From Felis catus (lineage: Eukaryota): a DNA stretch of 64,000 nt. Position 1 is the stretch's first letter. Every line of letters begins with the position of its first letter. The stretch is taken from the NCBI RefSeq assembly GCF_018350175.1, contig NC_058368.1:66156001-66220000 (forward strand). Direction: 5' to 3'. A program made the translations under genes and the position numbers. Under the pieces are notes generated by a model. It saw nothing but the letters and a program-made list of their open reading frames with translations, searched no databases and was not told where the DNA came from. Of this stretch, positions 25,800 to 39,349 are shown piece by piece.

Positions 25800-26696
25800 T
25801 AGAACTTCCAGTTTGTTCATTTCCAAGAATATATGAGATTATTTCTCCTTCTCCTTGAAGTGCCTTGTAGGGGGTTTCGCTGTATTTCTTTTCACTGGAC
25901 TTTTTATTACCGTCAAAGAGACAAATGAGTTTTGTCCAGGAGAATCTTCCATGGTTCTTATTTCAGTTTTAATTTAGTCTTACACCAAGGCTTTGACAGG
26001 CAGTATTTCTGCAGAGGCAGTGTTATCTTTGTAAAGTATTTGATTTGGGGCATCTGGATTTTTAATATGATAGTTAAATCTCAGGTTTACGTTTCTTATC
26101 ACTCTTTAGAATGCTGACGCGCTTCTCAGGTATCTTGTCAGATATTATTCTCATTATTGAGCTCCAATTCAGAAGTCAGAAAACACAGAAAAATGCCATT
26201 TGTGTGTTTACCATTCCAGCCCTGGAGAAAAAGAGTACAATTGTGGAAGTCAAAAGCGGCCCAAGAGCTCTCTTGATCAGGTCACGACCCCGTGGCACAT
26301 TTGATGTCATCATGCCATTGATATACAGGCACATATTGTGTTTCGACTGAAGCGGAGTTGCTAAAAGTTTAATTTTGTTCTTCCGGGGAAAAGAAGACAT
26401 TTCCTGAAGGAATATGATTACATTACCATTAAAAATGTATATGCACACTCTCTTTTTTTTACAGTAATGCTCTTTATTTAAATTTTCCTCAACAGAAATC
26501 ATCAAAGCTTTTATTATTACATTATTACTGTTATTGTTAATTATAATATTAGTTATAGAATATCATATAACAGTAAGTAGCATACGTAACTGATATTTAT
26601 TACATATGATTTTATATTGTGTTAAATATATTACTTCTAACTCCTTGCAAATTTTATTTTTATGTTTAATCATTATATTATTATTTGCCATATACA

Positions 26697-26760
26697 CAGG
26701 GGTGGATCCCAGCTTTGTGGGACAGTAGCTTATAAAACTTAGGGAGTCCTTTTTAATCTT
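26697..26760. mobile_element. MER53 (hAT) fragment
   Basis: caggggtggatcccagctttgtggg...agcttataaaacttagggagtcctttttaa resembles the recalled MER53 5' end. Confidence 0.6.
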
Positions 26761-26761
26761 A

Positions 26762-27050
26762 ATTTTTTTGTTATTGTTTTTAATTGTGGTAAAATACACA
26801 TAACATGAAATTTACCATCTTAACCCATTTTAAGTGTGCAGGTCAATAGCATTAAACACATTCCCACCATTGTGCGCCCATCACCACCATCCATACCCAG
26901 GACCGTTTTCATCCTGCAAAACTGAAACTCTGTCCACTAGAGCAGTAGCTTCTTATTCCCACTTCCGTCAACCCCTAGCAACACTGCTGTACTTTCTGTC
27001 TCTGTGAATTGGCCTCATATAAGTGAAACCATGCAATATATGTCCTCTCA
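26762..27050 (-). mobile_element. L1MB-type 3' fragment
   Basis: ttttaattgtggtaaaatacacataacatgaaatttaccatcttaacc. Confidence 0.88.
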
Positions 27051-27366
27051 CACATTCCCTTTTAATAGAGCTGTTGCTCTGTTTAGAAATACATAGGAAG
27101 AAGACACTGCAAATTACCCAGCCCAAGGAAGGAAACAGCACGGTCTGTTTTCCCACCAGCAAGCAGCTGTAACCAGACGAGGCAGCACCTGTATCAAGTT
27201 GAAATGTAGGCGCTATTGTTTTAATAAGAGAGTGGGAACCGTAGTTGTTATTTTTTCCAATATGTGACCCCGCAATATGTGTATTCTGGGCTTACTTTCA
27301 TGAAAGTGGTCCGTGTCAGCTGCTGTCACGCAACTCAGCCGCTACTCTTTGCCTGTTAGGTTCTCT

Positions 27367-27476
27367 CTCTCCCTCTTTCTCTTTTAAAGTTTTTATTTTA
27401 ATTCCAGTTAGTTAACATTCAGTGTTATATTAGTTTCAGGTGTACAATATAGTGATTCAGCAGCTCCATACATCGC
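27367..27476 (-). mobile_element. Very short 5'-truncated carnivore L1 3' end
   Basis: ttccagttagttaacattcagtgttatattagtttcaggtgtacaatatagtgattca; TSD cctg(t/c)taggttctct. Confidence 0.8.
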
Positions 27477-30254
27477 CCTGCTAGGTTCTCTGAAGTCTCA
27501 CCCACAAACACACCAGAAATGGAGCAGCCGTGTGTCCATTTTCCAAGACTAACAGTTCCAAGTTTATCTGTTCAGTTTTTAGTTCTTTCATGGGAAGAGA
27601 TCATTATGTGTGTGTGTGTGTGTGTGTGTGTGAAACAGAGTCAGAGAGGGAGAGAAGGAGGGAAGGAAGGAGTCATCTCTCTGCACACAATAAACTAAAG
27701 GGTATACTTTCAATTTAGGAAAAAAACAAACTTCTGAAACATCCGCTCCCAGCATGCAACCAACAATAGGTGGATTGTTCTTTTTCTTTTATCCTTAAAT
27801 CTACTTAATTTACTATAATTTGAAGTGATCTTTGAGGATAGAAAGATAATGCCTAACTGAAGTTCATATTCTCAGTGCGCAGAATAAAACTGAAGAATTT
27901 TAGTGGTTCTTGAAATATGGAGCAGAGCAAAAGCATTAGAACACCAGCTTTTTAAGAAGGAATTTATACATTTAAATGTTTATACTATAAAATCCCTGGA
28001 AGCAGGCCCAAGACACCCGGAGGGGACACAGATTTGTATGATGAACGTGAATAACAACTTTGAAAGTTGTATAGTTCGTGGGGAAAGGGTAGTTTGAAAT
28101 GTTGACAAGAAAGTCGGTTCGTTGGGTTTCCTAGATTCTTCTGCTGTGTAGAATAATACCTAACTCCTAGTAAACAACAAATATTTATTAGATATCTCAA
28201 CAGCTATTTATTAAATGACTTAATGGATAGACCGATGGACAGATGGATAAATATGTTAGAAACCCAGCTTGGCCACTCACCTAACCCTCTCTCTGTATAA
28301 AGCAACTTCTACACAGTATATGCTCATTATTGTAGTTACACTCAAATCATACTTGACTAAACTGGAATATCCACAGTCATGTAGCCCAGATACTTCAATT
28401 CATTTCTTTGAGAATTAAGGACCAGAGAGATTAATTAATGTGTTTAAGGTCTCCTCCATACAGTTGCATGCAAAGTGTAAGCTTTGTATATGTGAGAAAT
28501 TGTAGCCTGATGTTTCTACACGAGGTAACTTACTCGTTAACCCAGCCAACTCTTATGACTTGTTTCCATAAATCCGTGGGCTCTTCCAAGTACAAGGGAA
28601 TCTAAAGATGATGGAGAATAATCATTTAAAGGAGGCACACTTATAAATAAGGACATATGTCATTCTAAAGAAGGGAGCATGTGCTGTGATAGCTGTGTTA
28701 GTGAAGAATGGAATGAATTTGGAGAATGAAAGAACTAACCCAGCCTGAAGGTTTGAGAAAAGTAAATATTAAACTTCCACCTGACAGCTCATGGAGCATC
28801 CCGTGGACTTTTCCGTTGGTGCATTTCAAGTCTGAGAACCCACGGTTTTAGTGATAGCCAAATAAAATAATCATGAAAGGATCAGGAGAAATCATTTAAA
28901 TGAGCAAATTGCAAATACCATTCACATAAAAGCACACAGACTTATGGGAGGATGCAAAGTTCCACGGGTTCTTCTTTGTGAACGCTCACAGCGTGACCCA
29001 CAATCACGTCACGTGCTGTCCTCGTGGATTCTGTGGGCTCCTGACATCAGAGACTGCGCATTACCCACCTTGCTCTCCTGACCCTGCATCCGAGTGCCTG
29101 GCAGGCACATTGTGCACATGCAATAAATGTTTTCTTGAATTGACTTACACCCACCAACCACTTTATTAAAAACAGAAAATAAAAGAAAAAAACAAGCTGT
29201 GTGATTTCCTCTAGACACAGTTGTAATTTACTATCTAGGACAGTCTCACCAATCAAACATTTATCTCCAGTCCTTGAGAGGATAATTTACCTCCAACAAT
29301 TATTATTAATACATTTTGCCAACTTGGGACCATAGCAAAATTGAACTTATGAAAAATGCCTGTCTTTTCTCATCCGTGGAATAATTATACCTTTCAAAAA
29401 ACTATCTTTTTTGAGTTTTGAGATGACAGTGTTATCTAAATCTCAGATTGCAAAAGCAGAATCATTTTATCAGTAATGTACAAGATAGAGACATGTCCAA
29501 GGTTACTCAAGCAGGGTCATAAATCAACTCCTCGACAATGTCTCCCAAGATTAAAAAAGAAAGATCATATAACATTTTGTAGCTGGAAAGTCCCATGTAA
29601 GTTGTCATACATAAAAAATGATTCAAAAGCAAGCGATTTCATATAAATGCAGTAGTTATATTATTGACCAGGCCAAAAAGGCACTTCGATAATTGGGGGA
29701 TGAAATGAGTGTTGACCATTATACTAACATTAAAATTTGGCAAAATACTTCATATTTTCACTTGCCAAGTGAAGAAATAGGTTGTATATATTTCCACTAT
29801 TAACATAGAAAAGCAAGAAAATACTGCAAATGAGTGATCATGTGTTTTGTTTGTCCTTGAAATCTGCTTCAAACATTCATTTCATTCCTATTAAAGACAA
29901 GTTAATTACCTTAGTATTCTTAAAATCAGTATATGCTTTGAAGGCACATGTTGAGAAATTTGGATACCGCTAAATTTAAGGCACAAAATGGCCAATCCCA
30001 AGTGACCCTGACTAAAATAAATTAATAAACTGAAGTGATTATAAGGATAATTTGCTAGTAAAAAATAATTACCCCCATTTTCTTCTTAAGCCCTTCAGTA
30101 TCCCTGCCTCTGATTCTCACTTCCTCATCTCCTTGTTTTCTTAATTCTTTTCACATAGGAAGACGTTACAGATACTTTGCTGCCACTTTTGTTAGACTCA
30201 TGCACAAATACTCCTAATACCTTGCTTAATGATGTCAACCCAGCACCATCATTA

Positions 30255-30665
30255 AAGGCAGTTAGGCCCTATGCCTGGGTCAAACCCTATGGCTACCACT
30301 CACTAGTTGAGTGAGCCTGGACAAGTTATTCCAGTACTCTGAGCCTCCCTTTTCTCATAAATAAAGTAAGAGTTGTAGGATTGCTTTGAGAGTTAAGTGA
30401 CATAGAACTTACACCATATGTATTAAACCTCCAGCAAAGGTGAACTTGCATTGTCCCCATCGGTAGGCAATGCTTGTGCCATCTGGTTCAGTGTAAACAG
30501 TGTGGTTCATTTAACTGACACTAGACTAAGAATCAGATAGGTTGTCCTGGGCCAGCTCTGTTACCCTGGGCAAGTCACATACTTCAGGACTTCAGCAGTC
30601 TCACCAGTAAAGTGTGAGGGATAGATGAGATCATCTCAAAGGTCTCTTGCAGCCCTAAAATTCCT
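30255..30665 (+). mobile_element. Two adjacent MIR fragments
   Basis: ctggacaagttatt...ctctgagcctc and ctgggcaagtcac...gatcatctcaaaggtctcttgcagccctaaaattc. Confidence 0.7.
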
Positions 30666-31639
30666 TGTTCTGAATTAATTTCGTGCTCTACATTTTTACT
30701 CATAACACTCTGATAGATCACTTAAATTGTATCCATTTATCGTAAAAACGTCAAAAAATCATAAGACATGGGCCAAAAAAAAAAAAGTGAACCCATGAAA
30801 CCATGGTCATGTGGTCAGAGCCAAAGAGAATCCAATTTGATATAAAGTCATTTCACTCAAGTGCTGTGTGGCAGAGATTCTGCTGAGTTAGGGTATTTGA
30901 ACGGAGCACCTTGAGACCAATGTCACAGAAAATATTCCTGCAAATAATTAATGGTGTGTGTATATATATTGCCAGCAACCCTGTTGGAGCCCAGCAATCT
31001 CTCAGAGTGGATTAGTGGTCCTTACCCAGGTGCCCGACCATTCCAATACATACTTTTCTCAATGATCATTATCCTGAAATAAATCCAAATTAAATTTTAT
31101 GAACCAGGATAGAAATTATGTGCCTTCAGTATTGAACCTTCTAATAGCAGTTATTTTTATTGAAGTCTTAAAGCAATTGGCTTGAGTCATCTTGGAAACA
31201 CTGCCTTCATATTTCAAATATGGTCAGGAGGCTGTCAGCACATATTACCATGGATTGGAGATATTTGCTTGTTAAATGATTTTTACCAGGAAAAACCCAT
31301 TACGGGAAACATCTTGTTTACAAGGGTGTCCTGGGGATAACAAATAGAAAGCAACATGTTACATTGAATTATAGGAATAAAATCAGCTGATTCAGCTAAT
31401 AGATTCAATAGAAATATGAGACATTATTTTGCACGTCAAAGACAACTGCAGTTTAATGTAACTGACAGATTTCTACTGTAGGATGTAAACATTAGGTAAA
31501 AATATTCACTTGAAATGATAGTGACCCTTGAGTGTTATGTCAACACTCTAGTTCAGGCCCCCATTCTCTGTGATTCTTCAATAGGCATTTTTTTCTGCCT
31601 CACCTACACAGAAAAAAAATAAAGCAGAAGCACTAAGTA

Positions 31640-31870
31640 TAGTTGATCCAGTGGAAAGGACAGAGGAGAAATTAAAGGAACAGGTTTTGAGTGAGAGAGT
31701 TCTGGGTTCATCCTGGATGTGTGGACTTTGGGAAGGGACTTAACTTCTTGGAGTCTCAATGACGTCATCTGTAAAATGGAGACAGTAATGTAGCTGGGAT
31801 TGTTGCAGAATCAAATGTGATGACCTGTAAGTAAAACTTAGCAGGATGCCTCACATAGAGAAATTAGTGA
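31640..31870 (+). mobile_element. MIR SINE
   Basis: ctgggttc...gactttgggaag...tcatctgtaaaatggagacagtaat. Confidence 0.8.
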
Positions 31871-32899
31871 GTAAATGAAACTGCACCACTGATGCCACTA
31901 TTCAGCCTCAACGTACCAGATCCTAGAAGGGTAAACAGGCTAAATACATTCCCTTTTTCATAGCCTCTTTTACACATGTCTGATCTCTCACAATGGATTG
32001 CAATTTTTGATGGCAACAGAGATAATATCTCACTTATCTTCACCATCTTTGTGTGCTCCCCCCACTGCATAGTGTGGGAACCCCCCCAAACAATGAACAT
32101 GAATGGAATGAATGAAAGAAAACATGAACGAACAAAGGAAGCCTCAAATTCCTCCAAGAGGGCCCGTGAAGACAGGATCTGTGAACAAGACATCTGAAAA
32201 TGCTGGTATGGATGGCCTGCTTAGCCCAGGAAAAGCTATGAGATAGGCTGTTATTGGCAGTAGACATTGGGCTAATGACAATAAAGACAGAACTTGGGTC
32301 CACGGCATTCCCTTGGCAGACAATATTCACAGGTACCCTCATTGTGCCTTTAGAGAATGATGTAGGAAGACAGTGTGAAGTCTCACAGTTTGAACCTTGA
32401 ACAGCATTGAACATCCATTCAGAATAATTAGAAAAGAGTGACATCCAGTCAGAATGAGGGTCAGAATGCTGTGAACAAGCCAGCACATTTGGACTTGTGA
32501 TGTTCCCTGCTGAGGAGACAAAGCCCTTTGTGTCTGATTCTGATTCAGAAGTTTGAGACAGACGTTTAGGAGGAGGCTAAAAAGGTCTTAGCTTCTTTGA
32601 CCCACCAGAGAAGAAGTAGCCAGAAAGGTTAGCATGTCACAGTTGGCCAAACCTGCAAAAGTGATTGCTCCCTCCCAGTATAGTACTTTATGCTTCAGCT
32701 ATGGCGCTTCACATGTTCTGCCTCCGTGGGTGTTCTCTATTCACACTAGAGTGAAATCTCCAAGACTGAAGATCTTTCTAAATGTCTCGTCACCCAGCAT
32801 GCTGTCCTGTACCCAGTGATCTCTCAGAACAGAAGTATAGTTTGGAGTAACAGGAAGCACATGGACTTCAGAATCTCAGGTACTCAGTTAAAACCCCCT

Positions 32900-33700
32900 T
32901 CCTGGTAGCTTTCCAGTAGTTTCCACCTCATCTCACAGAATCAGCCTCCCCAGTAGCTGAAGTATTGAAGGGGGGTTTCACATCACTCTGGTGCCGTTTC
33001 CTGTCACTCCACAGATCCAGCAACTTCTGGTCAACCATGTTCTCCCAGCACTGGAAATGGTGCACTTAATTCCATCTGCCATTCGCGTAATGCACCCCAC
33101 CATCATTTCTTACCTGCATTATTGTTGCAGCCCCCTCACCTCTCTAGACTCTCCATTTTTCAGCCAGCACAATCATTTGCTATCTCAAATCTGACCATCT
33201 CTCTCTCTCTCTCTTTAGTTGTCTGTGAAATCTAAACTTTTTAGTGTGTCTTACAAGTCCCTTATTCTTCTGGCTCCTGCTTCCCTTTCAAGCTTCACTT
33301 CTCCCCTCAGCCTTCCCCCCTATGCAGACATATTGAGACATTCTTAGTTCCTTGAATACAGCATACGTTTCCATTTGAGGTCTTTTATCCTCTCCACCTG
33401 GGGCATTTCCCTCCCCCCCTCTGATCTCTGTTCTCTTTCTCCTTTTTCTCCCTTCTTCTAGGAAGAATTCTTTGACATCCTCACTCCCAAAAAGGCTGGT
33501 TTAGCTGCTGCCCTTAAGCACCATAGCTTTGGGGGGGACCATCATGGACCAGGGTTTTTTTTTTATAGATGAAGAGATATCTAAGTAGAAACACAAAGAA
33601 TGAGTGGGATCCAATGAAACATACAGAGAGATGAGTAGGTACATGAAAAAAAAATCTCTGTTGAATAAGTGAAAAAACAAGTGAATGAATAAATGAAAAC
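32900..33700 (+). mobile_element. Degraded L2
   Basis: caccatcatttcttacctg...ends gttgaataagtg...gtgaatgaataaatg. Confidence 0.55.
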
Positions 33701-35248
33701 AATTTTGAGAAGAATTGCCTATAAAGCATGTCACTGAGGCCCCAATTTTTGTTGATCACTGCTCACTCTACATGTATATAGTAAAATATCTAAACATAAA
33801 AATTTCTCCTGGTTTTCTCCTCTTCCAGGAATCTCAAAGCATGTTCAAATACATTACGATAGCTCATTTCATAGCATAAGGAAATCTAAACTGCCCAGCC
33901 TTACAGATGGCGCCACATCAAGTCAAGGGGCATCTCCAAGGAGTGAAATAGAGACAGGGTTGGATCAGAGCTTACTGGACGATCTAATGCTGACTCTTTT
34001 ACACCCAGAAAACCTTTGTGGAAATGAAATATATCAGGAAATGAGGCCATTTAAGAATGTCAGGCAGCAGAAATATTTATATATCAGGTAGCTGAAAGAA
34101 CCGTTCTCTGTGAAAACCATATTTTTATCATAACTGGAAAAGATCTGTTATAAACTGAACAATAGAGATAATGTTAAGACCCTTTCTGTCTGTTTGCCTT
34201 GATGCCCTATTCATTGAAAGCTATCCTGTTGTTATGTTTTCCTAATCTCATAACTTCTCTCATAACTGAACAGGATGCTACAGAAGCTGATATTCGAAGG
34301 GCCCTAGTGAGCCAGAATGCTTTTGCCATGCAATAAATATAAATGGCTGTTTGGGCTTAACAGTGTTTTCTTTTGGTGTCTGGAAACAAAAACAAAAGAG
34401 AAGAAGCCAGTAAACCCTGCAAGTCCTGGAGACTGCAGATGGCCAGCAAAAATTGGGAGCCCCATGATGGCAAACCAGGGTATGATAGCAGCCAGAACTG
34501 CCCATGCAGACAAATAGATTAGAGCATTTCCATGACATTTCCAGAGACTTCCTTTAAAAGGGCATCCACTAGACAACCCAGGTTACAAAATAATGGCTGT
34601 AGAACTATAAAACAGTATGTGCATTATGGATATGCACCTGAAGAAGAAAAATGTCTGTTATCCCTAGTTCAGGGTAAATGACATGAAGTCCAGTGGAAAG
34701 AAACGTATTGTAGGGTCAATTGTATGACATAACTCATTTGCTATAGACATCCCCCTTTCCTTCTTTCTTTAATTCCTTTCTCCTTTTATTGACTCCCTTC
34801 CTCCATTCATTGGAGAAGGATGATCATGGAACAGAGCAATTTACAGGAGCTTGTTTTGAATTCAGAAATTGGGGTGACCAAAGGCTCATAGTCCACCAAA
34901 TGAATCCCACTAATGCAGGCATTGTTACTGGATAGCAGCCCCAGAGGTAGGAGGGTTGATGAGTTTCAGAGGCACTTAAAAACATCCCCTGGGCTTTAGT
35001 CAGAATTGCAATGTCGATCAAGTTCATTCCTTTCTCATCCTCCTTTTTTTTACCCAAGAATCGATCAGTGTTACTTGGAAGTCTGAAGTCCCTGAGTTAC
35101 TATAGAAGACTAGTAAGTGGGTTGGATTTGGAGACGCATAGGCCTGTGTTTGAGGCCAGTGCAGTCCATCATTACTGTGGCAGTCTTAGGCAATTCACTT
35201 AAAGGTGCTGCTTCTCTGTATCCCAACTTATAAATAAAAACTGATTCT

Positions 35249-35460
35249 GGGGCGCGTGGGTGGCTCAGTCAGCTAAGCGTCTGACTTCGGCTCAGGTCAT
35301 GATCTCGCAGTCTGTGAGTTGGAGCCCCACATTGGGCTCTGTGTTGACAGCTCAGAGCCTGGAGCCTGCTTCAGATTCTGTGTCACCCTCTTTCTCTCTC
35401 CCTTCCTCTCTCTCTGTCTCTCTCTGTCAAAAATAAATAAACATTAAAAAATTCAAAAAA
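35249..35460 (+). mobile_element. Can-SINE
   Basis: Head, body and tail; flanking ctgattc. Confidence 0.95.
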
Positions 35461-35874
35461 CCCTGATTCATTCATTCATAAAATGAATTGTTTTGAAGGC
35501 TTAGTACTGGATATAGGGCTGGAACTGGATTTTTAATGGTTAAAACAAAAATCTACTCCAATGGTAGGTGAATAAGGTCAATATACAAAAAGGAAGAGCA
35601 TTAGTGAGATGAAGTTAAAGGAAAAAATGTATATATGAAGCATCCAGTACATTGCTTCCTTTGTTGTTGGCACTTAAGACATATTCCTGCATCCTCGGGC
35701 CTGCTTTTTTTCTCAAATGAACCTATTCCCCGATGGAAATTAAAACTCTCATCCTTCCAATGCTGTGATTCTCATTAAGGTATCAATCTGATTTTCTAAT
35801 TAAACAACAGAAATTTGCTTAAGGGGAATTTATGTCCCCCACCAAAATTTACTATTTTAAAACCGGAGTTTTTT

Positions 35875-36099
35875 GGGGCGCCTGGGTGGCGCAGTCGGTT
35901 AAGCGTCCGACTTCAGCCAGGTCACGATCTCGCGGTCCGTGAGTTCGAGCCCCGCGTCAGGCTCTGGGCTGATGGCTCGGAGCCTGGAGCCTGTTTCCGA
36001 TTCTGTGTCTCCCTCTCTCTCTGCCCCTCCCCCGTTCATGCTCTGTCTCTCTCTGTCCCAAAAATAAATAAACGTTGGAAAAAAAAAAATTAAAAAAAA
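35875..36099 (+). mobile_element. Young Can-SINE (SINEC_Fc-like)
   Basis: Perfect 16-bp TSD aaaaccggagtttttt; CpGs intact. Confidence 0.97.
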
Positions 36100-36967
36100 A
36101 AAACCGGAGTTTTTTTTTAACTCTAATGAAAGACAGACCAAGGCCACCAGTAATTAGTAAGCATCTACTGTGCTCTAAGTCACATGGAGGATGCAATCCC
36201 CATCCCCAGGGGTTCCAAAATCTAGATGATTCGTGAAAATAATATATCCACATATTAACAACTAAAGCATTTTAAAAGCAACAGAAGTTTCAAATGATTG
36301 GCATTAGCCAGGGACGTTACAAAACCCTATGTAATTTCAAACGAATTAAGTGTTGAGCAACAATCAGGGGACTAAGAGTTCCGACAACGGTGAAATCATT
36401 TTCTTGGTGGAAAATATGAGGGAGACAAAGTAGAGCTTGATGAACATCACCTCCTGAGCAGCACACCCACCAGCAGATTGCTTTTCTTTCTCCCTTTGGA
36501 AGCCAAATTCCATTCACCAAGTCTCTCCTCCCCTTGTAAATAGTTCAACATCCTTTGTTCAGTAAAGCAAAGATCATCATTATCATCGATGACAGCAAAT
36601 ACCGAAAACGCCAAAGCTGAGTTCAGTCTCAGAAGATAAGTGGATTATGAATCTGTGAATTTGGAGGCACTCTTGTATATAAACGTGAGGTCTAATAAAC
36701 AGCACTGAGTCTTTGCCAAGCCCATGAACATATCATAACTTACTTGATCCTTGTAGCAACTCTGAAAATAGATGAAGAAGGTTGACTTTGCCAGAAATCA
36801 CCCAGCCTGGTAGCTGGTGGATGTGGGGTCAATCCAAAGCATGCGTCCTATCGACCACTTAAAAACGTCACGGCCTAGAAAAAAATTGCCGTCATATTTG
36901 TTAAAAATTGATAGTCACAAAGGGGAATAGCATGTAATAGCACAAGGATCAAGTGTAGACTAGGTCC

Positions 36968-37107
36968 TTGCTGTTCAAGATGTGGTGCACAGGCAGCGGC
37001 ATTGGTATCACCCAGAAGCTTGAGATTAATACAGAGATTTGGCCCCACCCCAGATTTCTAGAATCTGAAGCAGCAGTTTAACAAGATCCATGAATTAAGA
37101 TCTGTGC
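36968..37107. mobile_element. MER5A MITE
   Basis: caagatgtggt...gcattggtatcacccag...ggccccaccccaga...gaatctgaa...tttaacaagatcc. Confidence 0.7.
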
Positions 37108-37819
37108 CTTAAATCTGAGACACACCCATCTGGGAGGTTTCCACATCTCCACGTTGGACACAACGTAACTCATAGAATTGTGCAGATTAATTAACATATA
37201 AGAATGCACTTTTTATAGTAAAAGGAACTATATAAATGTAAGACTTTATAAAAACGGTAATTGATCTCATTTATACTCACTCAGCCATTCATATTAGCAT
37301 TTTGTCTTCCAGTTACATATAAATAACACACATAGCTCTGGGGAATTTAAAAGGCGCTCAAATTAGACTCAGTTCAGGTGTAATACCTACCCCTGGATGA
37401 GATAACAAATGTGTATTAAGGTGCCAAGTTAACAAATATCTCCCGATGCAGATCTCATTTAAGTAATTATAGGAGGATCTCTTAATTTCGATCTTTTTTC
37501 TTGCAGATAATCTATTTTAAATAGCATTGTTCATAGGCCAGTAAGAAAGGTCAATTTCAAAATATTACAAACTGTGAAAATATGCCTTTTAAAATTGTGG
37601 ATTTTCTCTCGTGTTTATTCTTTTTTGCCTCATTTTTGTGAGGCAAAAGATTTAGATCTTCACATCCTGAAACATAAACAGCATGGAATTCGTAAGAGCT
37701 TGTTTGGAGGCCCGAAGCTTGATGTGCTGCTTCTTCACTCGATGCTCCCTCTTCCCCCCAAGGGAGCCAGCTGGGCTAACACACACCATGACTGGAATGG
37801 GATTTGACTTTTTTGTATC

Positions 37820-38790
37820 ATTTTTTTTTAAGTTTTATTATTGAAATATAGTTAACGTGAAATGTTATGCTAGTTGCGGGTGTACATACATAGTGATTTG
37901 ACAAGTCTAGACATTACTCAGTGCTCATCACCGGAAGTATAGTCACCATCTGTCACCATGAGACATCACTGCAATACTGTTGACCATATTACCTATGCTG
38001 TGCTTTCCATCTTCTCTGTGACCTACTTATTTTATAATGCGAGGTTTGTACCCCTGGGTCCCATTTTGCCCATCCCCCTACCCTCTCCCCTCTGACAACC
38101 ACCAGTTTGTTCTCTGTATTTATGAATCCATTCCTTATTTTTTTTGTTTGCTTGTTTTGGTTTTTAGATTCCGCTTATAATTGAAATCATATGGTATTTG
38201 TCTTTTCTATCTGACTTATTTCATTTAGCATAATACCCTCTAGGTCCATCCGTGTTGTTGTAAATGGCAAAATTTCATTCTTTATGGTTGAGTAATATTT
38301 CATTGTCTATATGTGTATACAACATCTTCTTTATCCATTCATCTGTCAGTGGACACTTAGGTTCCTTCCATATCTAGGCTACTGTAAATAATGCTGCAGT
38401 AAGCATAGGGGTACATATATCTGTCAATTTAGTGGGTTTTTTTTCCCTTTAGGTAAATACCCAGTAGTAGAATTACTGAATCATATGTTATTTCTATTTA
38501 TAACATTCTGAAATACCCCATACTGTTTTCCACAGTGGCTACACCAATTTACATTCCCACCCACAGTGCATGAGGGTTCCCTTTCTCCACATTCTTGCCA
38601 GCATTTGTTATTTCTTTTTTTTTTCCATACTATACTGGTGTGAGATATAAACTCACACCAGTATAAACTTGTATAAGGTATAAGGTATAAACTTGAGTTT
38701 TGATTTACATTCCCCTAATAATGAGTGATATTGAACATTTTTTCTTGTGCCTATTGGCCATCTTCTTAGGAGAAATGTCTTTTCAGGTCC
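37820..38790 (-). mobile_element. L1 3' fragment (L1MA/carnivore-type), about 1 kb
   Basis: Antisense L1 3' UTR and ORF2 end: catttagcataataccctctaggtccatcc, ttccacagtggctacaccaatttacattcccacc. Confidence 0.92.
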
Positions 38791-39349
38791 TCGGATGGCA
38801 TGCCTTAGTGTTTTTGTAGAGAAAAAGGCCATGGGCCATGGAATCAAACTGCCTGGAAGTCCCAATTTTGCTCATTTTAAGCTTGGGTCCTTGTATAGAT
38901 CACTGCCCTCTGTAACCTCAGTTTCACATTCTAAACAATGGGCACCAGAAACAATGGTATTCAAAAGACATACAGGGGATTTTTAAAGTCTACTTTTTAA
39001 GATGTCCTGTAGAGTGCTTGATTTATTTCCTAGGTTTTAAAGATCATGTTTACATTGATAACCAAACCCAAATCATTTTCCCATTCTTTTAAGGTATTGT
39101 CTCCTCTGTGTCCTACCTCATTTTATTCAGTGAGCTCTCTGCAGGCATTCAAAAAAGTAGTAATAATACTTAATAATCTGTCACTATGCTCTTCATCTCT
39201 GCCCCTTCCTGTCCCTTGAATGCTGGTCCTCTAGCCCGACTCCAGGGCATTCCCAGGAATGCATGCCAGTAAGGGCCGAGTCCGACTCTGTGTCTGCGGT
39301 TCAACTTCCCTTCTGAATGCCAATGTCATTAATCTACCTACTGGCTCTT

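Noticed and set aside
24790..35245. 10-kb gap without Can-SINEs as a sign of constraint
   Set aside because: With 24 SINEs in 64 kb, one gap of this size is not unusual, and the gap contains L1, MIR and L2
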